Assembly: GCA_963839715.1 (NCBI GenBank)
Contig: CAWIVX010000006.1
Coordinates: 305,616-369,615 of the forward strand
Length of the DNA stretch: 64,000 nt
Direction: 5' to 3'
Origin: an uncultured Actinomycetota bacterium
Lineage (GTDB): Bacteria; Actinomycetota; Actinomycetes; Actinomycetales; Microbacteriaceae
The position numbers and the translations under genes were made by a program. The notes beneath the pieces were generated by a model that saw only the letters and a program-made list of their open reading frames with translations, did no database searches and was not told the origin of the DNA. Shown piece after piece: positions 23,745 to 36,466 of this stretch; the stretch's first letter is position 1; every line of letters begins with the position of its first letter.

Positions 23745-24404
23745 GTGGCAAAACTGTACTTCCGCTACGGCGCGATGAACTCGGGCAAGTCCTCCTCGCT
23801 CCTGCAGGCGGCCTACAACTACGAGGAGCGCGGCCAGCACGTGCTGCTGGCCAAACCGGCGATCGACACGAAGGAATCGGACAAGATCTCGAGCCGTCTC
23901 GGCATGTCGCGGGCGGTGGACTTCCTGGTCGAACCGGATGCCGACCTCCGCGCTCTGTTCGCCGAGCACCGGGCACGGGTGCAGTCCGCCGTCGCCGAGG
24001 CGCTGATCCCCGAGCAGACGCCGATGGGCCGTCCGGTGGAGATCGCCTGCCTCCTCATCGACGAGGCGCAGTTCCTCACGCCCGCCCAGGTCGACGATCT
24101 CCTGCGCATCGTCGTGCTGGACGGCGTGCCGGTGCTCGCATACGGCATCCGCACCGACTTCCGCACCGAGGCGTTCCCGGGCTCGCGCCGTCTGCTGGAG
24201 CTCGCGCACAGCCTGGAGGAGCTCAAGACGATCTGCCGCTGCGGTCGCAAGGCGATCTTCAACGCGCGCCTGGTGGGCGGCCGGTTCGTCTTCGACGGCG
24301 ACCAGGTGGCGATCGACGAGCTGTCCGCAGACCGCATCACGTACGAGTCGATGTGTGCCGAGTGCTATCTCCGGGAGTCCGGCGGCCGCCTCGACGGGCG
24401 CTGA
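23745..24404 (+). CDS. tdk: Thymidine kinase
   Basis: KLYFRYGAMNSGKS, IDEAQF, YGIRTDF, KTICRC, Y.S.C..C. Confidence 0.95.
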   Translation: MAKLYFRYGAMNSGKSSSLLQAAYNYEERGQHVLLAKPAIDTKESDKISSRLGMSRAVDFLVEPDADLRALFAEHRARVQSAVAEALIPEQTPMGRPVEIACLLIDEAQFLTPAQVDDLLRIVVLDGVPVLAYGIRTDFRTEAFPGSRRLLELAHSLEELKTICRCGRKAIFNARLVGGRFVFDGDQVAIDELSADRITYESMCAECYLRESGGRLDGR

Positions 24405-24434
24405 GTCCGCCCGGGCCCTCGCTAGGCTCGGAGC

Positions 24435-25454
24435 ATGCGCGTACTCCTCGCCGGCGGTGCCGGCTACATCGGCGCCCACACGGCGGTCTCCCTGTTGGAT
24501 GCCGGTCACGAGGTCGTCCTGCTCGACGACCTCTCCGGCACGAGCGCGATCGCCGCGGACCGGGTCGCGGAGATCACCGGGAAGGAGGCACCTCTCGTCG
24601 TCGGCGACGCGGCGGACGACGAGATCGTCGAGCAGGTGTTCGCTGCGCACGGCCCCATCGACGCCATCATCCACCTCGCCGCCTTCAAGGCGGTGGGGGA
24701 GTCCACGCAGAAGCCACTCGAGTACTACTCCAACAACGTCGACACCACGTTCGCCCTGCTGCGCGCGGGCCTGAGGCACGGCATCCGCTCGTTCGTCTTC
24801 TCGAGCACCGGCACGGTCTACTCCGACCCCGCCGATCTGCCGTTCACCGAGGACTCGACGACCAGCATCGACCTGTCCAACGCGTACTCGAAGTCGAAGC
24901 GGATCAACGAGGTCGTCCTCGCCGACGTCGCGCGCGTCAATCCCGAGCTCAACGTCACCGTGCTTCGGTACTTCAACCCGGTGGGGGCGCACCCGAGTGG
25001 TCTGATCGGCGAAGACCCGGCCGGCATCCCCAACAACCTGATGCCGTTCGTCGCCCGGGTCGCGGTGGGCAAGCTCGAGCGGATCGGCGTCTTCGGTGAC
25101 GACTACGACACCCCCGACGGCACCGGCCTGCGCGACTACATCCATGTCGTCGACCTGGCGGAGGGTCACGTCACCGCGCTGGAGCAGGCCTCGCCCGGCT
25201 TCGTCGTGTACAACCTCGGCACGGGCCAGCCGGTCAGCGTGCTCGAGCTGATCGCGTCGTTCGAGAGGGCGGCCGGACGCGAGCTGCCGCGGGAGATCCT
25301 GGCGCGGCGCCCCGGAGACGTCGCCGCGACCTACTGCGATCCGTCGAAGGCGCAGCGCGAGCTGGGCTGGAAGGCGCGTCTCACGATCGACGACTCGTGC
25401 CGCGACTACTGGAACTGGCAGTCACGCAATCCTGACGGATACGCCACTGTCTGA
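24435..25454 (+). CDS. galE: UDP-glucose 4-epimerase
   Basis: GGAGYIGAH, KAVGES, YSKSK, LRYFNPVGAH, PNNLMP, RDYIHV, RRPGD. Confidence 0.95.
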   Translation: MRVLLAGGAGYIGAHTAVSLLDAGHEVVLLDDLSGTSAIAADRVAEITGKEAPLVVGDAADDEIVEQVFAAHGPIDAIIHLAAFKAVGESTQKPLEYYSNNVDTTFALLRAGLRHGIRSFVFSSTGTVYSDPADLPFTEDSTTSIDLSNAYSKSKRINEVVLADVARVNPELNVTVLRYFNPVGAHPSGLIGEDPAGIPNNLMPFVARVAVGKLERIGVFGDDYDTPDGTGLRDYIHVVDLAEGHVTALEQASPGFVVYNLGTGQPVSVLELIASFERAAGRELPREILARRPGDVAATYCDPSKAQRELGWKARLTIDDSCRDYWNWQSRNPDGYATV

Positions 25455-25463
25455 GGCCTTCAC

Positions 25464-25499
25464 TGTGGTCTGACCACATGCTACTGTGGTCAGACCACA
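25464..25499 (+). promoter_or_regulatory. Tandem LldR/FadR-type operators overlapping the promoter
   Basis: TGTGGTCTGACCACA (25464-25478) and TGTGGTCAGACCACA (25485-25499), with -10 TACTGT at 25482-25487. Confidence 0.85.
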
Positions 25500-26257
25500 G
25501 AGGAGCACGCATCGACGCGACCACCCACCCCACCGCCCCGCCGAGCACGCGGGCATGGCGTGTGGTGCTCGAACGCATCGAGGGCGACCTCCTGGAGGGC
25601 CGTCTCGCACCGGGCGACCGGCTGCCGCCCGAGCGTGAGCTGGCGGCCACGCTGGGCGTGGGTCGCTCCAGTGTGCGCGAGGCGCTGCGTGTGCTGGAGG
25701 TGCTCGGCCTGGTGCGCACCGGCACAGGCTCGGGCCCGACCTCGGGTGCGATCATCGTCGCCACACCGCAGGGCGGCATGTCGGCGCTCCTGCGTCTGCA
25801 GGTCGCCGCGCACGGCTTCCCCCTGGACGATGTCGTGAGCACGCGGCTCATCCTGGAATCGGCGGTCGTCGAAGTCCTCGCGGGCGACCCGGAACGTGCG
25901 ACCGATGCCGCACGAGCCGTTCTGACCGCGATGGATGCCGACGACCTGACCCCCGCGGAGTTCTTGGCTCTGGACGCGCAGCTGCATCTGGCGCTCGCCG
26001 AAGCGTCCGGCAACATCGTGATCGCCGCGATGATGGCCGGGTTGCGCACTTCGATCGAGTCGTACGTGCAGGCCGGCGCCGCTCTCATCCCGGACTGGGC
26101 CGCCACCGCCGTGCGACTGCGCCGCGAGCACCGTGCGATCGTCGACGCGGTCGACGCCGGCGACGCCGCGACCGCCCGCACGCTCATCCGCGACCACATC
26201 ACCGGCTACTACGCCGAGGCGGGCCTGGCCCGTCCTCACGGAAAGGACTCCCGATGA
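25478..26257 (+). CDS. lldR: GntR/FadR-family regulator (LldR-like); start uncertain, possibly 25511
   Basis: w[25 protein letters not shown] and FCD domain D..H..LA..SGN...EH..I. Precedes the lactate dehydrogenase. Confidence 0.85.
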   Translation: MLLWSDHRGARIDATTHPTAPPSTRAWRVVLERIEGDLLEGRLAPGDRLPPERELAATLGVGRSSVREALRVLEVLGLVRTGTGSGPTSGAIIVATPQGGMSALLRLQVAAHGFPLDDVVSTRLILESAVVEVLAGDPERATDAARAVLTAMDADDLTPAEFLALDAQLHLALAEASGNIVIAAMMAGLRTSIESYVQAGAALIPDWAATAVRLRREHRAIVDAVDAGDAATARTLIRDHITGYYAEAGLARPHGKDSR

Positions 26258-27534
26258 CGAAGCGCCAGCTTCCAAAACCCGCCGAGATGCTCGAGCTCAT
26301 GCAGTTCAAGAAGCCCGAGCTCAACGGCAGGAAGCGCCGACTGCAGTCGGCGCTGACGATCTACGACCTCCGCGCGATCGCGAAGCGCCGCACGCCGAAG
26401 GCGGCGTTCGACTACACGGACGGCGCCGCGGAGGGCGAGCTCTCGCTGTCGCGGGCCCGGCAGGCGTTCGAGGACATCGAGTTCCACCCCGGAATCCTCC
26501 GTCCCGCCCCGGAGGTGGACACCTCGGTGGAGATCCTGGGCGGTCGATCAGCGCTTCCGTTCGGCATAGCGCCCACCGGATTCACCCGCCTGATGCAGAC
26601 GGAGGGCGAGAGCGCGGGCGCGGCAGCCGCCGGGGCCGCCGGCATCCCGTTCACCCTCTCCACCCTCGGCACGACGTCGATCGAAGACGTGAAGCGCGCG
26701 AACCCGTACGGGCGGAACTGGTTCCAGCTGTACGTCATGCGCGATCGCGAGATCTCCTACGGGCTGGTGCGCCGGGCAGCGGAGGCGGGCTTCGACACGC
26801 TCCAGTTCACGGTGGACACGCCGGTCGCCGGAGCGCGCCTGCGCGACAAGCGGAACGGATTCGCGATTCCGCCGCAGCTGACTGTCGGCACGATCGTCAA
26901 CGCGATCCCGCGTCCGTGGTGGTGGTACGACTTCCTCACGACACCCAAGCTCGAGTTCGCGTCGCTCTCGACCACCGGCGGCACGGTCGGCGAGCTGCTG
27001 AATGCGGCGATGGACCCCACGATCAGCTACGACGACCTCGCGATCATCCGCGATCTCTGGCCCGGAAAGATCGTCGTCAAGGGCGTCCAGAACGTCGAAG
27101 ACTCCGCGCGTCTGATCGACGCCGGCGTCGACGGGATCATCCTGTCCAACCATGGCGGCCGTCAGCTCGACCGGGCACCCATCCCGTTTCACCTGCTGCC
27201 GACGGTCGTGCGAGAGGTCGGCAAGGACGCGACCGTCATGATCGACACCGGCATCATGAACGGCGCCGACATCGTCGCCTCGATCGCGCTCGGGGCGAAG
27301 TTCACGCTGATCGGCCGCGCCTATCTGTACGGCTTGATGGCCGGGGGACGGCAGGGGGTCGACCGCACGATCGCGATCCTGCGCGATGAGATCGAGCGCA
27401 CGATGAAGCTGCTCGGAGTCTCGACGCTCGCCGAGCTCGAGCCCAAGCACGTCACCCAGCTCACCCGCCTCGTGCCGGTCTCACAGCCGGCCGCCCGGCC
27501 CGTGCGCACGCGCAGCGCGGCTGCGAAGCGCTGA
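26254..27534 (+). CDS. lldD: FMN-dependent alpha-hydroxy acid oxidase / quinone-dependent L-lactate dehydrogenase
   Basis: [40 protein letters not shown]. Confidence 0.9.
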   Translation: MTKRQLPKPAEMLELMQFKKPELNGRKRRLQSALTIYDLRAIAKRRTPKAAFDYTDGAAEGELSLSRARQAFEDIEFHPGILRPAPEVDTSVEILGGRSALPFGIAPTGFTRLMQTEGESAGAAAAGAAGIPFTLSTLGTTSIEDVKRANPYGRNWFQLYVMRDREISYGLVRRAAEAGFDTLQFTVDTPVAGARLRDKRNGFAIPPQLTVGTIVNAIPRPWWWYDFLTTPKLEFASLSTTGGTVGELLNAAMDPTISYDDLAIIRDLWPGKIVVKGVQNVEDSARLIDAGVDGIILSNHGGRQLDRAPIPFHLLPTVVREVGKDATVMIDTGIMNGADIVASIALGAKFTLIGRAYLYGLMAGGRQGVDRTIAILRDEIERTMKLLGVSTLAELEPKHVTQLTRLVPVSQPAARPVRTRSAAAKR

Positions 27535-27552
27535 CCGACGCCCGCGCGCAGG

Positions 27553-28341
27553 TCAGCTGCGCGCGGGCAGGGTCGGCAGGAGGGCGTCGAGATACTGCGC
27601 CGTGTCCTCCCAGCCCTCGACGGCATGGCACGGCACGCCGATGGCCAGGACGGGGTAGTCGTTGCCGTCGGGGTCGAGCCGGTCGCCGACGAACAGCATG
27701 TCATCAAGCGGGATGCCGGTCTGCTCGGCGAGCTGGCGCATGCCGTAGGCCTTGTCGATTCCGCGGTGGGTGATGTCGACCGACGTCGAGCCTCCCGAGC
27801 GCACCTCCAGATCGGGGATCTGCGCGGCGACCGCCTCCCGCAGAGCGCTCTTCTTGGCGCCGGTCGGGTCCCACGCCATCTTCGCGTCCAGCGGAGCGCG
27901 CTGGCCGAGAGCCGAGAAGGTGATCTGCGAGCCGCGATCCTCCAGGATGTCGCCCCAGGTCTCCGCCTCCCAGAGGCCCAGCCGGCGCGCTTCCCCCTCG
28001 ACGGCGGACAGTGCTCGACGCTTCTCGTCGCCGGTCAGCGCGTGGGCGTAGACGGTGACGATCCGGCCGCCCTCGATGCGGTAGTACTGCGTTCCGCACG
28101 TGGGGAGCAGGTGGATGTGCGAGAGCGTCTCGGCAGGCGCGTCCGGCAGTCGTTCGACGACCTGCGCCTGGAACTGCTGGAGCTGGCCGCCCGAGATGAT
28201 CGCGACTTCGACTCGCTCGGCCAGGGCGATCAGCAGGGCGCCGATCCGCGGGTCGATCGCGCTCTTGGACGGCGCAAGGGTGTCGTCCAGGTCGAACGCC
28301 ACGAGGCGGGGCGGGTCGAGGCGTGCTGTCGAGTCGGTCAC
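27553..28341 (-). CDS. HAD-IIB hydrolase (eukaryote-type phosphomannomutase-like)
   Basis: FDLDDTLA, ISGG, EDRGSQITFS, GGSTSVD, FVGD....GNDYP. Confidence 0.85.
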   Translation of the reverse strand: MTDSTARLDPPRLVAFDLDDTLAPSKSAIDPRIGALLIALAERVEVAIISGGQLQQFQAQVVERLPDAPAETLSHIHLLPTCGTQYYRIEGGRIVTVYAHALTGDEKRRALSAVEGEARRLGLWEAETWGDILEDRGSQITFSALGQRAPLDAKMAWDPTGAKKSALREAVAAQIPDLEVRSGGSTSVDITHRGIDKAYGMRQLAEQTGIPLDDMLFVGDRLDPDGNDYPVLAIGVPCHAVEGWEDTAQYLDALLPTLPARS

Positions 28342-28422
28342 CGTGCTCCTGTCCGGGGGGTCGTGAGACGCGAAAGGCTCCGTCCCATCCCCTTCTCAGG
28401 AGCGAGCGGAGCCTCTCTGCGG

Positions 28423-28496
28423 TCGGGGTGACAGGATTTGAACCTGCGGCCTCGTCGTCCCGAACGACGCGCGCTACCAAGCTGCGCCACACCCCG
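28423..28496 (-). tRNA. tRNA-Pro (anticodon CGG)
   Basis: CGGGGTG acceptor stem, anticodon arm CGTCG-TTCGGGA-CGACG, GGTTCAAATCC T-arm. CCA not encoded. Confidence 0.97.
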
Positions 28497-28545
28497 TGGC
28501 CAACCCCCCGAGTCTACCGGATGCACGGAGGTGGTCCGAACTGGG

Positions 28546-29484
28546 CTAGGCGCGGGGGAGCAGCGTGATGAGCGACGCCTCGGGCCGGCACGCGAAGCGC
28601 ACCGGCGCGTAGATCGAGTGCCCGATCCCCGCGCTGACGTTCAGCGGGGCGTCGCGTCCGTCGCGCTGCCAGGCGCTGAGTCCGCGGGCCTGGTCGAGGG
28701 GGATGTCGCAATTGGCCACCAGGGCGCCCACGCCCGGCACCCGCACCTGGCCGCCGTGCGTGTGGCCCGCGAAGATCATGTCGGCGCCCAGCTCCAGGTA
28801 AGCATCGAGCACGCGGCGATACGGCGCGTGGGTGACGCCGAGTGTCGCGGCCGGCGGAGCGACGTCGGCCTGTCGCTTCTCGAGGAGGCGCGGGATGACG
28901 TCGAGGTCATCCCATCCGCGATGCGCGTCGCTGACGCCGAAGGCGTCGATCCTCATGCCGGCCACCTCGAGCGAGCCGACGTCGTTGTTCAGGTCGAGCC
29001 AGCCCAGCTCGTCGGTGAGGTATCCGTCCAGGGCCTCCGTGTCGAGCGGTTCGCTCGCGACCCGGACGGTGGACGGACCCGTGAAGTACAGCAGCGGGTT
29101 GCGCGGCGTCGGCGCCGCGTGGTCGTTCGATCCGTGCACGAAGACCCCGGGGATGCCGCGGAGCGGGTCGAGCGCGGAACGCAGTCCTCGCAAGCCCTGC
29201 GGGTGGCCCAGATTGTCGCCCGTGTTGACCACGAGGTCCGGGCGCCAGCTCTCGGCGAGCGCCGCCATCCACCGCTGCTTGCGACGCTGCCACGGAGCCA
29301 TGTGGGCATCGGAGATGTGCAGCACCCGCACGGCGGGTGCGCCGGGGGGCAGGATGCGCGCCTCGTGCTCGCGGACCGTGAACAGGTATCGCTCGATGCC
29401 GATTCCCCAGATCGCCGCGCCCGCGCCGACCGCCCCCACTGCCGCGAGGGCAGTGAGGGCGGTGCGGGCGTGCCCGTTCGGCAC
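28546..29484 (-). CDS. Metallophosphoesterase (calcineurin-like)
   Basis: HISDAH, TGDN, GSND, GHTHGGQ, PVRFACRPE. Confidence 0.9.
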   Translation of the reverse strand: MPNGHARTALTALAAVGAVGAGAAIWGIGIERYLFTVREHEARILPPGAPAVRVLHISDAHMAPWQRRKQRWMAALAESWRPDLVVNTGDNLGHPQGLRGLRSALDPLRGIPGVFVHGSNDHAAPTPRNPLLYFTGPSTVRVASEPLDTEALDGYLTDELGWLDLNNDVGSLEVAGMRIDAFGVSDAHRGWDDLDVIPRLLEKRQADVAPPAATLGVTHAPYRRVLDAYLELGADMIFAGHTHGGQVRVPGVGALVANCDIPLDQARGLSAWQRDGRDAPLNVSAGIGHSIYAPVRFACRPEASLITLLPRA

Positions 29485-32208
29485 TAGGCGCACTTCGCGC
29501 GGCTGTAATCCACCGTGATCGCGGAGTTGCGGTTGACCACCGAACCGGCACCGGGGCTCGTGCCGGTGGCCTTGCCCTGCGGGCCGGCGGTGACATCCTC
29601 GGTACACGTGCCGGGCTGCACGTTGCCGAAGCCGGCACCGCGCAGATCGCTCAGCGCCCTGTCGAGCGGCTTGCCGGCGACGTCGGGTACGGGGATCCCC
29701 TGACCGTTGCTCGGGCTGATCGTCACGGTCGTCCCGCCTGCCGCGCGGCCTGCTCCGGGGTTCTGCGCCGCGACGATGCCGGCGGCCTCGCCCGAATCGA
29801 CAGCCTCGCCCACACTCACGTTGAAGCCGGCGTCCTCGAGCCGCGCCGTCGCCTCGTCGATCGACAGGCCGATGACGCTCGGGAGGTCACGCGTGACCTG
29901 GCGGGTCAGTTCGCCGAAGTTCTGCGGGAACTCATCGCCGCCGTACAGCTCGTTCGCGCGGTACTGGATGGCTTCGGCGATCACGTATCGCAGGTCGGAG
30001 ACGCGCCGGTCGGCGTAGTACATCTCGAAGATGTTCGCCTCGCCGGTGCTGTTGCCCACCCAGGTCGCGGTGGCAACCTTGGTCGAAGACTCGATCATCC
30101 ACGACTGCCACCCCTCGTGGGTGCCGGTCTTGCCGATCACCGGGGCGTTGCCCGGGTTCGCCTGCGCGCCGGTGCCGCCGCCGCGCATCACGCCCTGCAG
30201 GGTGAACGAAGCCGTGGCCGCCACAACCGGGTCCAGCACGGGGGTGCACGACCGGACGGGCACGAGCTCCGGCCGTTCGACGCCGTCGGAGTCGGTCACC
30301 CGGTCGATGACCTTCGGCTGGCAGTAGACGCCGTTGTTCGCGACGGTGCCGTACGCGCCGGCCATGGCGATGGGGGCGACGTTGTCGTCGCCGATCACGT
30401 TGTTGGCCACACCCATCGTGATGGGCCGCCCGTCACCGGTGGTCACGCCCATCTTGGTCGCGACGTTGGCGATGTCGCACAGGTCGAGCTCGGATGCCAT
30501 CGCGAGGTAGCCCGAGTTCAGCGACGCGGCCGTGAACTGCAGCGGCGTCCCCGTGAAGCCGCTCACCTGGCCGAAGTTGCCGATGCGGGCACGCTCCACG
30601 TTGACCCAGTCTCCGGTGCATGAGTTCGTCATGCGCGGGAAGACACGGTTCACACCGTTGAGCACCTCGTTGACGGAGCGGCCCTGCTCGAGCCAGTCGA
30701 TGAGGGTGAACAGCTTGAAGGTGGATCCGGCGCTGAAGCCGTCGGACTTGCCGTAGGTCCGGTCGCCCGCGTAGACGAGCGACGAGTAATTCGGGTCTGC
30801 GGCGAGCGTCGCATCCTCGCTGAACGTCGTGTTCTGCCCGATCGCGAGGACGCGCCCGGTCGCGTTGTCGAGGCTGACGGTCGCTGCGCCGAACTTGCCC
30901 GTCTCCGGCCCGGTGAGGCCCTCGAGGGAGGTGGGCGTCCAGTCGCGCATCGTCTGCTCGACCGACGCCTGCAGCCGCGGATCCAGCGTCGTGTAGATGT
31001 TCAGTCCGCCCCGCTGGAGCGTGCGGTAGCGATCGTCGATCGTGGCGCCGAAGGCGGGATCGGCGAGGATCGTGTTCTTGACGTACTGGCAGTAGTAGGC
31101 GGCGCCGCCGGCTGCCGAGCATCCGGTGGTGGGCGGGGTGATCACGGGGGTGATGGGCTCGATGGCGGCGGCGACGTACTCGTCGCGCGTGATCTTGCCG
31201 TCATCCAGCATCCGGCTCAGCACGTAGAGCTGCCGGCCCTTCGTGACGCTGTAGCCGTCCGCGGCGGCGAGATACTGCTCCTGGGTGATCGTGCCCTCCG
31301 CGAGGAGGGTGTCCAGCGCCGCCAGGCGGCCTTCGCCGACGTCGTCGATCAGGCCGTCGGGAGCCTTGTTGTAGCCGATGCCCTCGTCGTCGTAGATCGA
31401 GCCTTCCGGCTGGTCGATGCGATACGTGTTCGGGTTCTGGACGATGCCGGCGAGCGCCGCAGCCTGGGAGAGCGTGAGCGTGCTCGCGGTGGAGTTGAAG
31501 TAGTACTTGGCAGCGGCGTCGATTCCGTAGGTGCGCCCGCCGAAGTTCGCGATGTTCAGGTATCCGAGAAGGATGTCGTTCTTGGAATACTTCTGCTCGA
31601 GCGCGATCGCGTACCGCATCTCCTGGAGCTTGCGCTCGATGCCCTCGTAGCCGGACGCGGTCGTCGCCTGCGTCCAGCAGTTCGCGAGCACCTCGGATTC
31701 GGTGAGCTCCTCGGTGGCCACGGCATCGCGCTCGCATCGCTGGATCAGCACGTTCTTGACGTACTGCTGGCTGATCGATGATCCGCCCTGCGTCTCGCCG
31801 CCACCGCGCAGGTTCTGCAGGACGGCGCGCGACGTGCCGATCAGGTCGACACCGCCGTGCTGGTAGAAGCGCGGGATCCTCGCTGGAGAGGACGGCGTCG
31901 TACATGACGGGGGTGACCTGATCGAAGTCCACCGGCGACCGGTTCTGGTCGTAGAACGACGTCAGCTCCAGGGCTTCGCCCGTGTCGGGGTTCGTGTAGT
32001 AGAAAGTGGTCGGCAGCATGAGCTTGTCGATGTCGAGCACGCTCGGCAGGTTGTCGAACATCGTGATGGCGCTCGTGGCTGCGGCACCCGAAACAGCGAT
32101 CGCGGGGGTGACGGTTGCGGTGATGAGAACACCCGCTGCAGCGCTCAGTCCGACCAGTCCCAGGAGGCCGCCGAACACGCCGCTGGCCGTCCGTTTCGTA
32201 TCAGGCAT
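29484..32208 (-). CDS. ponA: Class A penicillin-binding protein (PonA2-like; GT + TP + PASTA); apparent frameshift near 31875
   Basis: ED.RFY.H.G, GGSSISQQYVKN, RKLQE, YLN, STFK, SLN, KTG, two C-terminal PASTA repeats. Confidence 0.92.
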
Positions 32209-32305
32209 AGGCTTGATCGTAGGGGAGCTACCTGGGCGAACCCTTGACAGACCCGCCCGGTCACGGCGTACTCCCCGCTTCCGCCTGCGACCTTTCGGAG
32301 ACTCC

Positions 32306-32527
32306 ATGACCACGTGGGAGTACCTCACCACCCCCCTTCTGATCCACAACACCGCCGCCATCCTGAACAACTGGGGCAAGCAGGGCTGGGAGCTCGTCCA
32401 GATCGTCACCGGGCCGGAAGGCGGCCTGGTCGCCTACCTGAAGCGACCCTCGGGCGGCGGCACCGCCAATACGGGGCTGGATGCCGCGGCCCAGGCGGCG
32501 CAGCAGTTCGAGGAACCGCAGATATGA
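32306..32527 (+). CDS. DUF4177 small protein
   Basis: MTTWEY...LNNWG.QGWELV...YLKRP. Confidence 0.85.
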   Translation: MTTWEYLTTPLLIHNTAAILNNWGKQGWELVQIVTGPEGGLVAYLKRPSGGGTANTGLDAAAQAAQQFEEPQI

Positions 32528-32991
32528 GCGTTTCGGAATCGCTCGCCGCGCTCGGGATCGCGCTGCCGTCGGTCGTTCCGCCCGTCGCCGCCTATGTTCC
32601 CGCGAAGGCGCACGGCGACCTCGTCTTCACCTCCGGCCAGCTGCCGATGGTCTCCGGCGAGATGCCGGCGACCGGCAAAGTGGGAGAGGGGCCGGGGCTC
32701 GTTCCGGCAGCCGACGCGACGGGCTATGCCCGGCAGTGCGCGCTGAACGCCCTCGCCGCAGCGGCCGCCGCAGTCGGCGATGTCGACCGTCTCACGGGCG
32801 TCGTGAAGGTGGTCGGGTTCGTGGCATCCGTGCCCGACTTCACCGGCCAGCCGAAGGTGATCAACGGAGCGAGCGAGGTGCTCGGCGAGATCTTCGGCGA
32901 TGCCGGACGCCATGCGCGCTCGGCCGTCGGCGTGCCGGTCCTCCCGCTCGACAGTCCGGTCGAGGTCGAGGTCGTCTTCAGCTTCGCGTGA
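32524..32991 (+). CDS. RidA/YjgF family protein
   Basis: SGQLP, GFVAS..DF..QP.V.NGASE, HARSAVGV..LP. Confidence 0.92.
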   Translation: MSVSESLAALGIALPSVVPPVAAYVPAKAHGDLVFTSGQLPMVSGEMPATGKVGEGPGLVPAADATGYARQCALNALAAAAAAVGDVDRLTGVVKVVGFVASVPDFTGQPKVINGASEVLGEIFGDAGRHARSAVGVPVLPLDSPVEVEVVFSFA

Positions 32992-33000
32992 CGGCCGCGA

Positions 33001-34968
<1,968 letters not shown>

Positions 34969-35182
34969 GCTCGCTCCTTCGCAGGGCCGTACCGGGTGAC
35001 GCGATCAGAAGGGCGCGCCGTGACGACACCGGTCAATCTACCCAGACCACCTGACCGTCACTACCTCCGATCGCGAGGGCCGAGCCCTTTCTCCGGTCGA
35101 CGGTGGGAACTCCAGCGATATATCGGTAACGACCTGATGAGTCCGTTTGGAAGGCAACGTCCCATTGCGTATGCTCATCTCC

Positions 35183-35286
35183 GGCCGAACATTCGATTCT
35201 GGCATTGCGACACCCGACTCACCCCCGAACTGCGGTGTCGCTCGTGGCGGCATCCCATTCCCCCCATGGGATGCCGCCTTCTCTTT
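35183..35286 (+). ncRNA. 6C RNA (B11-like sRNA)
   Basis: Two hairpins with C-rich loops: GCGACACC..ACCCCC..GGTGTCGC and GGCGGCATCCCAT-TCCCCCC-ATGGGATGCCGCC plus a pyrimidine tail. -10 TATGCT at 35170-35175. Location before the Tad cluster matches mycobacterial B11. Confidence 0.8.
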
Positions 35287-35383
35287 CTCCGCCGCTCCTC
35301 CCCAGCGGTCGGTGGGGAAGGCCCGTCCACCGAGCGCCCTGATCTCGCGCGCCGCCTCGGGAGCCGGACCTAGCTTCGGATGC

Positions 35384-36466
35384 ATGTCCGAACGCTTCGT
35401 CGTCCAGCAGCGAGCGGTCGCCGAGCGCGGTCCCGGGAGCCCGGCGCGGCCCGCTGCCGAGACGTCCTCCGGTGCAGCGGCCGGGGATGCGCGCCGTCCC
35501 GCAACGAGCCGGCGGAGGGTCAGCGCCCGGCATCCCACCCTCGCCCCGCTGTCGCGCTACCTCGACGACCCGGAGGTGACCGACCTCTTCGTCAACGGCG
35601 CCGCCGGCCTGTTCGTCGACCGCGGCTCGGGTGCGGAACCGGCGCCGGAGTGGCGCGCGCGAGAGGAGGATGTGCGCGACCTCGCGGTGGCACTGATCAG
35701 CCTCGGCGATCGCCACATCGACGACGCGACTCCCTGCGTGGACGTTCGGCTCGAGGGCGGCATCCGCGTGCACGCGGTGCTTCCGCCGGTCGCGGCCGAG
35801 GGAACGGTCATCTCGATCCGCGTTCCGCGGCTCGACGGTCCCGACCTCGAGGTGCTCGAGTCGACGGGCATGTTCGACGCCGTGACCCGGACCCGTCTGC
35901 AGGAGCTCGTGAGCGCGCGAGAGAACCTGCTGATCACCGGGGCGGCGGGTGCGGGCAAGACCACTCTGCTGTGCGCGCTCCTGGGGTTCGCCGCACCGTC
36001 CGACCGGATCGTCACGATCGAAGACGTCGCCGAACTGCGGCTGGATCACCCGCATCACGTGCGGCTCGAAGCGCGTCAGGCCAACCTCGAGGGTGCCGGC
36101 GCCATCGGACTTGCGCGGCTCGTGCGCGAGGCGCTGCGCATGCGGCCGGATCGACTGGTCGTGGGGGAATGTCGCGGCGAAGAGGTGCGGGAGCTGCTGT
36201 CGGCTCTGAACACCGGACACGACGGGGGCGCCGGAACCCTGCATGCGAACTCCCTCGCCGATGTGCCGGCCCGGCTCGAGGCGCTCGGCGCGCTCGCCGG
36301 CCTCGACGACCGGGCGCTGGCCAGGCAGGTGGCCTCGGCCATCGGCCACGTGCTGCACGTCGGCCGCGACCCGGACGGCGCACGCCGGCTGATCGCAGCC
36401 GGGCGACCGGTCATCGGGGCAGAGGGCCGGCTCCACATGGAGGAACTGCCGTGGCCCGCACGCTGA
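35384..36466 (+). CDS. tadA: Tad pilus assembly ATPase TadA/CpaF
   Basis: GAAGAGKTT, TIEDVAEL, ALRMRPDRLVVGECRG, NTGHDGGAGTLHAN. Confidence 0.93.
   Translation: MSERFVVQQRAVAERGPGSPARPAAETSSGAAAGDARRPATSRRRVSARHPTLAPLSRYLDDPEVTDLFVNGAAGLFVDRGSGAEPAPEWRAREEDVRDLAVALISLGDRHIDDATPCVDVRLEGGIRVHAVLPPVAAEGTVISIRVPRLDGPDLEVLESTGMFDAVTRTRLQELVSARENLLITGAAGAGKTTLLCALLGFAAPSDRIVTIEDVAELRLDHPHHVRLEARQANLEGAGAIGLARLVREALRMRPDRLVVGECRGEEVRELLSALNTGHDGGAGTLHANSLADVPARLEALGALAGLDDRALARQVASAIGHVLHVGRDPDGARRLIAAGRPVIGAEGRLHMEELPWPAR

Noticed and set aside
34969-35170. Ms1 RNA homologue near acs/tad
   Set aside because: Only about 200 nt are available, shared with divergent promoters. I see no long closed stem or terminator, and the usual HAD flanking gene is absent.
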